The notes: a model not told the origin generated them from the sequence alone. A stretch of 64,000 nucleotides of DNA from Lama glama (GCA_028534125.1 CM052816.1:77812001-77876000), one strand, 5' to 3'. Shown: positions 1 to 12,875, counted from the first letter of the stretch. A program made the numbers and translations.

Positions 1-129
1 CTGAGGTAAAAGACTGATGGCCTGAGGAAACCTGCCTACATGGCTGCTTCTTTGATACTCTCAGAAGCTCCCAAGTTCTCTTCCCCTGATTCTTTGAGGT
101 TCACAGGACCCAGTTAAAAAACACTAGAT

Positions 130-222
130 CTAGTCAAACCTCTCCTTTTTATAACTCCTGGAACTGAGACTCAGAAGAATTAAGTCACTTGCCCAAGGTC
201 ACACAGCCAAAACCTAGGTCAC
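130..222 (-). mobile_element. MIR SINE fragment
   Basis: Antisense MIR core 'gaactgagactcagaagaattaagtcacttgcccaaggtcacacagc'. Confidence 0.75.
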
Positions 223-2078
223 AGGATGAAAGGGAATAATGACTACACATGAGCAAAGGCCTCAAAGAATGGTGGCCGTTATTACTAGGTCTGCCTTTGT
301 ATTTTTAAAATTCCAAAAGCCTGGGAAAGTGACTAGAGAGGAGGGAAAAACTATGAGTTTACAGAAAGGATCCAGTGCTAAAGGGCCCAGTTATGCCTTC
401 TGTTAAAGTCAAGTTCATTCCCTGAAGCTCCATCTCCCGGGGAAGGTTTTCCTGGCTCCATCTCAGCTCACAGATCTCTGGTAAAGACAAAGCTCCTAAA
501 GACTAGAACTCAGATCCCAGAATCACAGTTAAGTGTTCTGTCCACAGAATTCCATCACCTCCCCTCCACTGGTAACATTTTAGAATCCAGTGAAACCCTT
601 ATTCTTTTTTATCTACCAAATACTACAAAAAAAAAAAAAAAAAAGACTGACCCAGAACAATGTGTTTGTGATTCTTGGCAAAATTCCCTGTGAACACATA
701 ATGGTCTCAACCCCTCACTAAAAGAGCACGGATTCTGTTTAGCCTTGAAGTTCATGGTAGGGTGTGGCCTGACGGTGTTTAGGAAGTAAGCTAGAAGGAA
801 GAGAGTTGATCAAATTTAAATAAAGGCTCTAGGCTCCCAGTGAAAACAACAAAATAGGAAGGACATGGATGCCAAGAGGGTCTAACTCAGACAATGACAT
901 CCTGGGTAAGTCTGGATTTGCCATTCAGTGAATCTCAAATTCCTTGTCTTTAAACAGTATTCATAGAACCAGTCCCTGCTTGCTTCCCATAAAATCTGGG
1001 AGCTATAAGCAGATTTAAAAACAATTTGGAAATCACTTAGCATTCCTTGGAGATAGAATGATACATAAATATGTGGTATTACTATTTAATTTAACCATAC
1101 TTAAAAATTTACAATACTATCATTGAGAGAGATGATCGACAAAATTCTTAGTGTCTTTTCCAATTAATTTTCCAAATGAGAGAGAAGTTAATTACTCAGG
1201 ATTCTGGCTATATTACAATCTACTATAACCCAGAACTTGAGATACATTTATAACCCTTTCTATATCAGTGAGAACTGAAAAAATTTCAACACAACTGTTT
1301 CCACACACTGCAACACAGTATGTCCTTGGAGACAGCAGAGATGTATCACTCTTGAAGATTCAGTCCTGTCATTTTGCCCCACAGTTGAGGTAAAAATTAC
1401 CAATAACTTTGATTCATCTTTGTGACCTAAATGCTATTTTTTATATATATTTGTTTGCAAGTTACCACTAAAAATAGTTTATTTCACCTGAAGCTGTGCC
1501 TTTAGCTCAGGATGGCAAGATGTCATTCGGTAGGTAGTGACTTCATGACGTGAACTGCAGGGCTGCTGCTTATGGCTGTACAGGTATGAATAAGCCCTTG
1601 AGAACCGTGCTGTGTACAAGTTTTTCCACCATACATTGTTTTCTTTATTCTGCTTTAGTACTAGAGGAAAACAGTCGAGTCAAGAAAGGTAATATGGGAA
1701 CTGGGGAAACACAGAATATGAGGAAGCCAGGCAACAGAATTCCTCGGGAAAATATGCATACACAGATCTTTACTGCTTAGTCTGAAAATTGCAGACTTGG
1801 ATTTAACAACCCATAAGGTCCCTTAAAGTTACAAATGAATTAATTCAGTTTTGGAATTTATTTACACCCTGACTGTCAAATCAATAAGGTTAATAAAATT
1901 GAAAATCAGGACTAAAGGGGCAAAAGGGAAATGAAAATATGCTAACAATCAGGTTAACATAATTGCCAATCAAATTTTATATTTGGCTCTGAGCAATCGG
2001 GGAAATCACAAATGTAAGTTTCACAACTTTCATTTTTAGAAAGGGAGAAACTTTTTGTTGTTGTTGTTCTACATGATA

Positions 2079-4415
2079 TTTTTATTTTTTATCTTTTTTT
2101 TTACTTTTTTATTAAATTATAGTCATTTTACAATGTTGTGTCAATTTCCAGTGTAGAGCACAATTTTTCAGTTATACATGAACATACATATATTCATTGT
2201 CATATTCTTTTTTGCTGTGAGCTACCACAAGATCTTGTATATATTTCCCTGTGCTATACAGTATACTCTTGTTTATCTATTCTACCTATGCCTGTCAGTA
2301 TCTATAAATTTCTCAGTCTGTCCCTTCCCATCTCCCTCCCCCCTTGGCAACCACAAGTTTGTATTCTATGTCTATGAGTCTGTTTCTGTTTTGTACTTAT
2401 GTTCTTTTTTTTTTTAGATTCCACATATGAGCAATCTCATATGGTATTTTTCTTTCTCTTTCTGGCTTACTTCACTTAGAATGACATTCTTCAGGAACAT
2501 CTATGTTGCTGCAAATGGTGTTATGTTGGGTTTTTATGGCTGGATAGTATTCCACTGTATAAATATACTGCCTCTTCTTTATCTAGTCATCTGTGGATGG
2601 ATATTTAGGCTGTTTTCATGTCTTGGCTATTGTAAATAGTGCTGCTATGAACACTGGGGTGTGGGTGTCATTCTGAAGTAGGGTTCCTTCTGGATATATG
2701 CCCATGGGATTCCTGGGTCATATGGTAAGTCAATTCCTAGTCTTTTGAGGAATCTCCATACTGTTTTCCACAGTGGCTGCACCAAACTGCATTCCCACCA
2801 GCAGTGTTAGGAGGGTTCCCTTTTCTCCACAGCCTCTCCAGCATTTGTCATTTGTGGACTTTTGAACGATGGCCATTCTGACTGGTGTGAGGTGATACCT
2901 CATTGTAGTTTTGATGTGCATTTCTCTGATAATTAGTGATGCTGAGCATTTTTTCATGTGCCTATTGATCATTTGTATTTCTTCCTTGGAGAATTGTTTG
3001 TTTAGGTCTTCTGCCCACTTTTGGATTGGGTTGTTTGTTTTTCTCTTATTAAGTCATATGAGCTGCTTATATATTCTGGAGAGCAAGCCTTTGTTGGTTT
3101 CATCATTTGCAAAGATTTTCTCCCATTCCATAGACTGTCGTTTCGTTTTGATTATGGCTTCCTTTGCTGTGCAGAAGCTTGTAAGTTTCATTAGGTCCCA
3201 TTTGTTTATTCTTGCTTGTATTTCTATTGCTTGAGTAGACTGCCCTAGGAGAGCATTATTGAGATGTATGTGAGATAATGTTTTGCCTATGTTTTCTTCT
3301 AGCATGTTTTATTGTATCTTGTCTTATGTTTAAGTCTTTGATCCATTTTGAGTTTAATTTTGTGTATGGTGTAAGGGAGTGTTCTAGCTTCAATGATTTA
3401 CATGCTCCTGTCCAGTTTTCCCAACACCATTTGCTGAAGAGACTGTCTTTATTCCATTGTATATTCTTGCCTCCTTTGTTGAAGATTAGTTGACCAAAAG
3501 TTTGTGGGTTCATTTCTGGGCTCTATTCTGTTCCATTGGTCCATATGTCTGTTTTTGTACCAATACCATGCTGTCTTAATGACTGTAGCTCTATAGTATT
3601 GTCTGAAGTCTGGGAGAGTTATTCCTCCAGCCTCTTTCTTTTTCTTCAGTAATGCTTTGGCAATTCTAGGTCTTTTGCAGTTCCATATAAATTTTATTAT
3701 GATTTGTTCTAGTTCTGTGAAATATGTCCTGGGTAATTTGATAGGGATTGAATTAAATCTGTAGATTGCTTTGGGCAGTATGACCATTTTAACAATATTG
3801 ATTCTTCCAATCCAGGAGCATGGGATATTTTTCCATTTTTTTAAGTCTTCTTTAATTTCCTTAATCAGTGTTTTATAGTTTTCCATGTATAAGTCTTTCA
3901 CCTCCTTGGTTAGCTTTATTCCTAGGTATTTTATTACTTTGGGTGCTATTTTAAAGGGATTGTTTCTTTTCCTGTTGATTCATCATTAGTGTAAAGAAAT
4001 GCAACTGATCTTTTTTAACATTAATCTTGTAACCTACTACCTTGCTGAATTCTTTGATATTTCTAGTAGTTTTTGTGTGGACTTTCCAGGTTTTCTATGT
4101 ATAGCATCATGTCTTCTGCATATAGTGACACTTTTACCTCTTCTTTTCCAATTTGGATCCCTTTTATTTCTCTCTCTTGCCTGACTGCTGTGGCTAGGAC
4201 CTCCAAGACTATGTTGAATAGGAGTGGTGACAGTGGGCAGCCTTGTCTTGTCCCAGATTTTAGTGGGAGGCTTTTGAGTTTTTCACCATTGAGTACTATG
4301 CTGGCTGTAGGTTTGTCATACATAGCTTTTATTATATTGAAATATATTATATTTTATTACATATGTTCCCTCTATACTCACTTTGGTGAGAGTTTTTATC
4401 ATAAATGGGTGTTGA
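2079..4415 (-). mobile_element. 5'-truncated, frameshifted LINE-1 (cetartiodactyl/camelid-type): ORF2 RT C-terminal half plus 3' UTR
   Basis: Minus-strand ORF pieces are typical L1 ORF2 ([69 protein letters not shown]) in different frames. T-rich tail at about 2079-2110. No TSD found. Confidence 0.97.
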
Positions 4416-4594
4416 TTCCTTTAATTAAGGTATAATCATCTATGGTTATAATCATTGCTGTAGGTGAGAAGATAAACCCTAGACTCACAGGATCATCCTC
4501 AAGAAAGAAACCCTTCTGTAGCGTGTTCTAGATAAAGACTAAACATTTGAATGGCACTGTTTTTCATAGGTAGTGAAATGTTACCGCGAGGTCA

Positions 4595-4715
4595 CTAGGT
4601 ATGACACAACTGAGGAAATCAGAACCCAGAGAAATTAAATAATATTTCAGAGGCCACCCAGCTAGACATGCACAGCAGAGAGATTAAACACTCAAGAGTT
4701 CCTGACCTGAGGTCA
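4595..4715 (-). mobile_element. MIR fragment
   Basis: 'aactgaggaaatcagaacccagagaaattaaataat...ggccacccagctag' resembles antisense MIR core. Confidence 0.55.
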
Positions 4716-5739
4716 GCGCCTGGTTTTAGGTAACACACCCCCAACAGTGCGGTGCAGGGGCAGCCCGGGTGCTTATGCGCAGAGCTGAGGGTCTGGAATC
4801 TGACAGGAACTGCAGGAAGCAGAAGAGAAATGAAAGGCAGCGACATGCTGGGGTCTTTTGTGGGTGTGTGTGTGGGGGGGGGGGTGTCCCCTTCACTCCA
4901 TCCTATTCCTTAAAACTGAGATTTAACCTGATGAATTGTGACATTTACTTCCTTTTCTGTGTGGAAGACTTTTCCGGGTGGGGGCACCCATGAGGCAGAA
5001 GCATCAGCACATCTGCAAGATGGCACTGGGTGTTGTCTGAGACTCTAACTGGAGATTCTGCACTAGGAAGTCATCACAGATTAAGCGCTTGAGACACATC
5101 TGGCTCCAGTGGAGATAGCAATGCCCCTCAGACACAATCCCAGTCTGTCAAATCCCCGCTTAAAGCATCCTAGTGCCCCAAAGAGGTGCCTCCAGGGATT
5201 GAAGTCACCAAATCAGTGCCTACAAGTAACACCTCTTAAGAATAAATTTTGACAGCAATTTGTAGGAACAGTTCCCTTCTTTCCTGATCTCAGCCCTGAG
5301 ACCCCTCAGAGAATTCATTTCGCTGGCCCTTCCTCTGATCTCAGTGGGAGCAAGTCTGAGACAGAGCGATGGAACACAGCTTCCAGAGAAAACCTACTAT
5401 TCAGAGTGTTTTGTTTTTTCCTTCCAAAATAGCTTGCCTATAAGCGCTCCAACCCCTCACTCAAGTCTTTTCCTCCATTAGCCAGCAGGGACAACATTTC
5501 CAGTAAGCATCCAAACGTCATCATTTCACTTCTACAATATCCATACAGGGTCTCAGAAATGAAAAGAACTTTAAGTAACATGTGTGGCCACAGAATCCAC
5601 TAGAATAGCAAAATCAAACAAACTATGCTACAGCTTGATAGTGGAAACTGGTAATAGGCTTGCCTATCACAGTTCCTAATGTGGGCCTTTTCCTTTCATG
5701 TGTCTTTTCTCAGCAAATATTTATTGCATACCTGCAAAG

Positions 5740-5930
5740 GCAAAAGGAATCACAGACAACCATGCTCTGACTCTGAAAACTCCTGTCTCAGAAACAACAC
5801 ACATCCTTTCTGCTCACATTTCATGCATCAAAGCAAATCACTGGCCATGTCCAATTTCAAAAGTCAGGGATAGATGATCCTCCCATGGAAAAGGTACCAA
5901 ATTTGTGAACAATATGACAGCCCTCTGCAA
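5740..5930 (-). mobile_element. MaLR LTR fragment (MLT1J/K-like)
   Basis: 'cacatcctttctgctcacatttcatgcatcaaagcaaatcactggccatgtccaatttcaaa' matches old MLT1 signature. Confidence 0.6.
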
Positions 5931-6269
5931 TATCCTGAGATCCAGGACAAGGCTTGCTTTCACCCAGACTAGTTAAGGAGCAAGGACCCCGGAAGACAAA
6001 TCATCCACTGAAAGGGGAGCAATGACAGCTACTCATTCCTCAATCAAAACTAGAGACATTCTGAAGACACGGACACCAATGAGGAGGACAGGGAAGAAGA
6101 GTTCTCTGAAGCTCTTTGGGGAGAAGAATGCTTAGGAGTTCAAGAACATATATACATGAACCCCTGACACATGACCTGAAATTTCCATGTACACATAAAT
6201 ATTCAACCAGATGGATACAAAGTTGTGAGGATGAAACCCATCACCAAGACGGCGTCCAATCTTGTCCCT

Positions 6270-7232
6270 CTCTAATATTCCTGACCCTGGAGCCAGAATG
6301 ATCTTTTTAAAACAGAAATCTGGTTGTATTTGCCCATCCCTTCATCTACCTTCCCATATACAACTTTCCATTGGTTAATACACATCCATAGCTTCTTCGT
6401 GTTTTTACTCTAAAGATTAAAATCCTAACCTAACTAATGGCTCCCAGCTCTCTCTGCTCCAGGCACACTAGCCTTATTTTAGTTCTTCAGGATCACCATG
6501 CTTCTTCCAACCACAGACTGATTCCACCCGCTAGTTCTACTTTCTGAAATGCTCTTCCCTACCCTCCTCATCCAGGTAATTCCTACTTTCTTTAGATCTT
6601 GGCTTATTGCTATTTCTTTCAGAAAGTTTTCCTTGGCCTCCCTGAACAAGCCAATCTGTCTAGATGATTCATATAACAAATAGTTTTTAATGCCTGCTAA
6701 GTTCCAGGCATTGTCCTAGTTGCTGGGAAAATAAAGGAAACACAGCAACTAGGCAGCAGGGACAATAAACAATAAATATAAACTCTGTATGGGTACGATA
6801 GGTGCAAGAACCACAAATAAATAGGGTAAAAGGCAAAAGAACAGGAGCACTATCTTAGAGAAAGTGGTCAGGGAATATTCTTCTCAAGAGGAGACAATTA
6901 ATAGAGCCCCCAGTGAAGTGAGGGACCATGCAATGGTGAGAAGGTCCTAAAGGTAGAGTGTCAGAGGAACAGCCACAGGTTTATGATTTATTTCCAGGCT
7001 GTGTATCTTATCTTAGCACTTACCACAGTTGTTATCAAAAAGATTCAGTTGTATTATCTGATTAATGCTCATGCCTCTCCTAGACTGTTACTTCTAATGA
7101 CAGAGGACATGTGTTCATTTTTTGCTCACCAGTGAACACTGGATCCCCTGTGTCCTCCCTGCTGCCCAGCATACAGTACATCTTTAACAAACCTTTGTAG
7201 AATGAAGAAATGACGACTAAATGAATCAATGA
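6270..7232 (+). mobile_element. L2 3' region, interrupted by an antisense L2 piece
   Basis: L2 motifs 'ccagaatgatctttttaaaacagaaatctg' and 'ctctgctccaggcacactagcc'; L2 tail ends 'tgtagaatgaagaaatga'. Confidence 0.75.
6665..6980 (-). mobile_element. L2 3' end nested antisense in another L2
   Basis: 'attcatataacaaatagtttttaatgcctgctaagttccaggcattgtcctag...gtggtcagggaatattcttctc'. Confidence 0.7.
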
Positions 7233-7249
7233 TGAAGCAAATCTCGATG

Positions 7250-7950
7250 ACCCCATACAGAAGGTGTTGCCTGTGCCCCACACATATACCCTCAGAACTT
7301 ACTATAAATGCCAAGAACTACTTACTCTGCAAATCTCTGCAGTGGACTTTTTTTGCTGACCAAGATAGCATGTCTGACCAATGAGTTTCAGAGTTAATGT
7401 CCGCAGAAACAGCCCTCTACCCACATGGGATGGCCATCAGAGGATAAATATATCCCATTTCCTTGTCCCTTGAACGAAGGGATAACTCTTAGGCAGTGGT
7501 TCTCAACTCTAGGCAATTTTGCCCCCTAGGGGACATTTGGCAAAAGCTGGAGACCTTTTGAGTTGTCAAAACCTTGTGGCGGGGGTGGGGGTGGGAGGGC
7601 AGACAGGAAAATGCTGCTGGTATCCAGTGGGAAGAGGCCAGGGATGCTGCTTAAACATCTGATGACACATCCCTACGACACAAAGTGATCCAACCCAAAA
7701 TGTCCACTGTGCTGAGGTTAACAAAGCCTGCTCTAAGGAAATATGTTCTACACAGTCTCCCAGAGAACCGAGCTCCAGCTTCCCACAGTGGTAACTGGTT
7801 GGATCACACACCATTTACTGGCTTCCTTCCCTTCTCTGTTTCACTTCCTGCCCCCTGAGTGGTGTTTCCCAGGATCACCTCCCAAATAGGCCACTTGCCC
7901 TCAAATTCTTGTTTCAGGTTCAGCTTCTGGTCACCCCAAACCATAAAATA
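7250..7950 (+). mobile_element. ERVL LTR16C-like solo LTR, split by MER20
   Basis: 3' end 'caggatcacctcccaaataggccacttgccctcaaattcttgtttcaggttcagcttctgg' is characteristic of LTR16. Confidence 0.7.
7494..7730 (+). mobile_element. MER20 (hAT-Charlie DNA transposon)
   Basis: Termini cagtggttctcaac...acaaagcctg; internal MER20 sequence; 8-bp TSD ctcttagg (7486-7493) / ctctaagg (7731-7738). Confidence 0.92.
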
Positions 7951-8204
7951 TCCTTCAAACCTTGAGTTTCTCTCTTACTCATTGACCGTGTAATAAACTA
8001 TGGGCTGGTCTAGGAAACCCCAATGGGTGAGTGGGTAACACTGGCTTCTGAAAATGGCAGCAGCTGGGCTGCAGCTCTCAAGGAAAGGGTGTGCCACTTG
8101 ATAAAGTATCTGGTTTGGGGAAAGACACTCTTTTCCCATGCGTATCCCTGGAGAGTCACTCCGTTTAGATAGTTACCTGGCATAAGACTATGGGAAGAGA
8201 AAGA

Positions 8205-8370
8205 ACGCTGGGGCAGGAAATCAAAGACCTGAATCCTCCCTCTGTTGCTAACTGGATCCCTCTCCTGGCCAGATCCCTGATTTGTCTTAGATTCAGTTTG
8301 CCCATCTTCAAATAAGTTTGCTGGGTGGGATGATCACTGAGGATTCTTTGAGCCCTAGCATTCTACAACT
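8205..8370 (+). mobile_element. MIR3/MIRc-like fragment
   Basis: 'tcagtttgcccatcttcaaat...gatgatcactgaggattctttgagccctagcattcta'. Confidence 0.6.
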
Positions 8371-9229
8371 GCAAAGAAAATCACTCACCTTCCAGGCCCC
8401 TCCACCATGACTCAAGCACTGCCTGCTCTGCCCAGAGGCCTCTCCCTTCTTCTCAGCCGTGCTCTCCCAGAGCAGCACCCCACAAGACTGGCCTCTCTTC
8501 CCTCTCCTCTTCTGTTAACAGTGATTTCATCCATAGGCTCATAATTCAGTTCAGCTCTTAAAAATCAGCACACCTCTGGGCTTCATGTCCTAGAAGCAAA
8601 CCAAGGCACAGAGACATTTGCTCACCTTCTCAAGGCCGCAAAATTGCAAAACTCACTCCAAGTCCATGACCCCACCACCATCCCTATTCTTACTTGAACA
8701 AGTGGACGAATACACCTGAGCACACACTGGGTGTGGGGTTTCAAGTCTAAGGGAAAAAAAAAATTTTTAAACCCTTTCTCCTATTTAACAGAAATAGGGA
8801 ATAGGGTGTCCTCATTGAGAATTACCAAGCATGTGCTATATAGATGAACAATTTTTGAAGAATTAGAAAATAAAAGTCCGCATACTTTGAAACCCACACT
8901 GCAGGTAAGTATATATTTTCCTGACGGTTCCAAAGGTTTTTTCCTACATGACAAAAATATAAAGAATACCTGCCATTGGTTTGGCTCCATGTCATTTATA
9001 GTCTCAGTTTTCAAAAGGTTTGTATTGTGTTAAAAAGAGCTGAGTATGTAATTTCAGTGAGGCTGCAAGAGTTGGTCAAGGCTATAGAATTTGGGGAAAG
9101 AAATTCATTTCCTCTTGTGAAAATTAGCATATTTCTCCTCCTCTTACTTTTTAACAAAAATATTTAGCAAGTAAACAAACATCAAAGGTGAATGGTTTTA
9201 TAAAGAAGTTCTAAATATTTTATCACTAA

Positions 9230-9665
9230 AAGTAACATACTCATTTAGAAATTTTAATTATAATAAAGTAAATAAAACAGAATGCATGAAAATAAAATTG
9301 AACTTGCCTACAATTCCACACCTAGAGACTCCCATTGTTTATGTTTTCATGTATTTTCTTCTAATTGTTCAGACATTTTTAACAAAATTTAAGATAATTA
9401 TTGTCTAATATATGTATAATTCCTGTATCTTGCCTTCTTCACTTCTCACTGTATCATGAGCATTTAAGTAAAGATTCTGATTTGTTTAATCATTGCATAA
9501 TATTCCATTTACCAGTCTATGAAAAATTGATTCAACCAAGTCCTTATTACTAATGCTGAGGTTGAATCCAATTTCTCAACTTGTACAGAAATCTCTCTGA
9601 AATCTCTGATAGATTCCAAGAAAAAAAAATCACTGGGTCAAAGGAGATAAACATTTTTAAGGTTT
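9230..9665 (-). mobile_element. Ancient L1M (L1ME-like) 3' fragment
   Basis: 'tgcataatattccatt' and 'tcactgggtcaaagg...acatttttaagg' are antisense L1ME motifs. Confidence 0.6.
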
Positions 9666-9869
9666 AGAGAAGGTTTAAAAGCAATTAAAGCCAGGAATTA
9701 TTAAGTACCTCTCTCACTCATCTTAACTTACTGAGCACAGATTAACCTAACCCTGGCCTGATGCACAGATTTGACTAGAATTCTTCCTCTTCACCTCGAG
9801 ACCTATGCTAGAGTTATGATCTCTTTGAAAACTGCATCTTTAGGAAGAGTTTAGCATCAACATTTTTAG

Positions 9870-10025
9870 AGGAAGGGGATCTCTACGGTACCACTGATAT
9901 TCCATCTCTTGATCTTGGTGGGGGTTGTATTCATAGTTGTATTCAATTTATAAAACTTTATTGAGTGCTACACTTGACGATTTGCGTACTTTCTGTACGT
10001 ATGTTAAACTTCAATAGGAAGTATG
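9870..10025 (+). mobile_element. Ancient L1M 3' terminus
   Basis: 'tccatctcttgatcttggtgg...gatttgcgtactttctgtacgtatgttaaacttcaata'. Confidence 0.65.
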
Positions 10026-10487
10026 CTTAGAAAAGTTTTTGTAATGCTTCTTAGAGTCATTAACTATGAGTTTCCTCAACAGCCATGAAATCTTTGTGAT
10101 CTTAGGAATAAAACACTATGTGTATTTGAAAACCATTAGGTATTTTTAAGATGTGAAGAATTACCACTATCATTGCCTGAGTAGTCATTCAATGCTCATA
10201 CATGAATGAAGCAACACTCTCAAGTGGCATTTTATTTTGTAATAAAATTAAGTAATTCTAAAATTGGTGAATGGCCAGGTAGGGTAACCGAACTTTTGGA
10301 GAGGAGGGTTGTTTCCTGTCCACACCTCCTCTGGCTCCCTCTCCCCAGGAATAAGGTACATGGCATCAGGCCACTCAGACTCTAGTTTTAGAGTCTGGAA
10401 TTTTGAATTGAGGATTACTCAGGGCACACCCTTTGGCAATTTATCAATATCTGGAGTCAGTTTCTCACTATAAAATAGTGAACAAAG

Positions 10488-10666
10488 CCAGTACCTATGG
10501 TTTGTCGGGGAGGGGGTGCTACACAAGAACCCCTGGCCAAGGTGTCTGGTGAGGGATGACTTCCAGTGCTCATCATGCACTCTGGTTAGGGGCTATACCC
10601 ACTGAGAGGAAGGGTCACCTTTTTCTAACTTCAACAAAGATGCCAAATGGGCTACCAGAGGTTCTG
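10488..10666. mobile_element. MER91-like hAT-Tip100 element
   Basis: 'gaggaagggtcacctttttctaacttcaacaaagatgccaaatgggcta' resembles the MER91A end. Confidence 0.6.
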
Positions 10667-10920
10667 CCTCCGAGGACCCTCACCGTAACATTCTGTGATT
10701 TAGGTACATGAATCTGTGCTACCACCTGGCATCCTCACATCCCTCACTTGCAGGCCAGGCCCTGTGGAAGGACTAGGTTGATCCACCATGACATACAGTC
10801 TGTGTTATTTAGGTAAGAGGTCACAGTCATACAACATGGATTTGGCCTTAGTTCTAAGAGAAGTCCTGTCATCCTTCTGCTCTGGACACGATCCCCAGAG
10901 ACCCTTGGGCTCTGGACATC

Positions 10921-11351
10921 TGTGATGGCTGATTTTAGGTGTCAACTTGACTAAGCAATGTTGCCCAACTATTTGGTCAAACATTAATCTAGATTTGCTA
11001 GGAAGGTATTTTTAGAATGTGATTAACATTTGCAAATCAGTAGACTTCAAGAAAAGTGGATTGCCCTCTGTAATATAAGTGGGCTTCATCTAATCAGTTG
11101 AAGGACTCAAAAGAAAAGACCAAGGTTTCCTGAAGAAGAAGGAATTCTACCTCCAGGCTGCAATATAGAAACCCTGCCCAAGTTTCCAGACTGCTGGCCT
11201 TCCTACAGATTTCAGACTTGCTAGCCACTGCAGTCTCATGATTAAAAAATCAATAAATCAATGAATTAATAATTCAGGCACATGCCCAAATGTATATCAG
11301 TAGGCTACATATCCTATTGATTCTGTCCTCTGGAGAACATTGATCAATTCA
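10921..11351 (+). mobile_element. MLT2D-like ERVL solo LTR
   Basis: TG...CA termini; starts 'tgtgatggctgattttaggtgtcaacttgact'; 5-bp TSD acatc/gcatc. Confidence 0.88.
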
Positions 11352-12459
11352 GCATCTGAGAACTGCAGCCTCTCCAGGGGAGCAAGGCCCTGAGAAACCT
11401 TCATGTTCTCAGGAGACCTCTCATTGGAAGAAGCGGCAGTGAGTCGTGGCAATCCAAAAAAGCAAAAATCTGTAAGTGCAGAAACCCCATTTTAACACTC
11501 ATTTTAGAGGCCTTTGCAAAGCTTCTAATAACAAATGCAATCTCAGAATAGATTATTTTTAAAAATAATATTCAAGCAGAAAGAGTAAGGCTTTGGGGGT
11601 CAGTATCACAAAGTCATTTCATGACCATTTTTAATCCTTTAGAAAGTGCTTTTACATGCATGCTTTCACTTGATCTGGCAGTACATCTGAAAAACACAGT
11701 CACAAACTCAATTCTCATTAAGTTCTGGTCATTTGAGATAAATGGAATAAAACATCAGGAGAAAAAGGTTGTGTTCTGCCACTGGAGCCCGTATGATTTC
11801 ATAGGGGTTTCTCTAGCTCCGTAGGAAATGTGCATTCTAAAAGCAAAGGGAACATCCAAAAATAGTTCAGATAAGAACATCCTCCCTTGATTTTTATGAG
11901 CAGGCCCAGAGTTTGAAATGGCATGTAAAGTCTACAAAAAAAGAGATCTATTTAGGAATTACAATCAATCATTTTCTTTTCTCCCCTCCCTGCCCCCCTT
12001 AATCTTTCTGGCAAATTAATCTGAAGAACTCTGCCCAACCATCTCATTTCCTGTGTGCACACACCCGGCAGACACAAGCAGATCCCTATCATTCTGGGAG
12101 TGATCATGGACCAAATGTTATTTTCACCTTCTTCAGCTTTACATAGTCTCATTCTGAAGACTCTGGCTGTCAGTCTGTCTTTCACAGCTTGGTGGTATTT
12201 TTAGCACTGTTTCCTTGCAGGTCTGCCTTTCTCCTGTCAGAATTCCCCTGACAAGAGGATAGTTGCCTTTTAGCTTTTTCTACCTTTAGCCATTAATGTT
12301 TATTCAGAGGGAAAATTCTTAAGTCTTGCTAGAGTAGCCCCCCATCATCTGCCAATGCCTGCCAAGGATAATGAAGGTGAGGAGGAGGATGCAGGAGAAA
12401 GAAGAAGATGAGGAGGAGGAGAACGTGGCAGTAAACAAGCCAAGATGCCTGCAAGTACC

Positions 12460-12875
12460 TGCAGATGCTAGCATCTAAGTCTTGCTCATCTTTGAATCTT
12501 TGCCTCTTAACATCATGCCTAGCACACAGCAAGTGCTTATTCCATGCTTGGAATATTAAATAATATAAAGAAAATAAATATAAATGGAGAAGAATGAAGT
12601 GTGCAGGAAGAGAGAGAGAAAAAATTAACTTATTCCTAGTAATACGAGGAGACAGTAAACAAAGTACAGTTTCTGAAATGAGAATGATTTTGGCTTGAAT
12701 CTCAATTCTGAAACTCACCAGCTATGTCACCTTGGGCAAGTTTGCTAAGCTATGGAAGCCTCAATTTCCTCATCAGTAAAATGAAATTATAGCACCTACC
12801 TCATGGGGTTGTTTCAGGATTAAATGTAATGAATACATAAAAATAACACTCCATAAATGTTAATTACTATTATTT
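12460..12875 (+). mobile_element. L2 tail (about 12460-12600) followed by MIR (about 12680-12875)
   Basis: 'tgcctagcacacagcaagtgctt'; 'gtcaccttgggcaagtttgctaagc...cctcaatttcctcatcagtaaaatg'. Confidence 0.75.

Noticed and set aside
1430..1555. MEF2 site CTAAAAATAG (1468-1477) and CRE-like TGACGTGA (1546-1553)
   Set aside because: Short motifs expected by chance in 64 kb of AT-rich DNA; no independent support.
2911..3493. Hydrophobic + strand ORFs (also 4073-4435, 31321-31707, 36009-36329)
   Set aside because: Antisense translations of L1 ORF2.
5012..5030. CTCF/YY1-like ctgcaagatggcac
   Set aside because: Partial match only; cannot be scored without a PWM or ChIP data.
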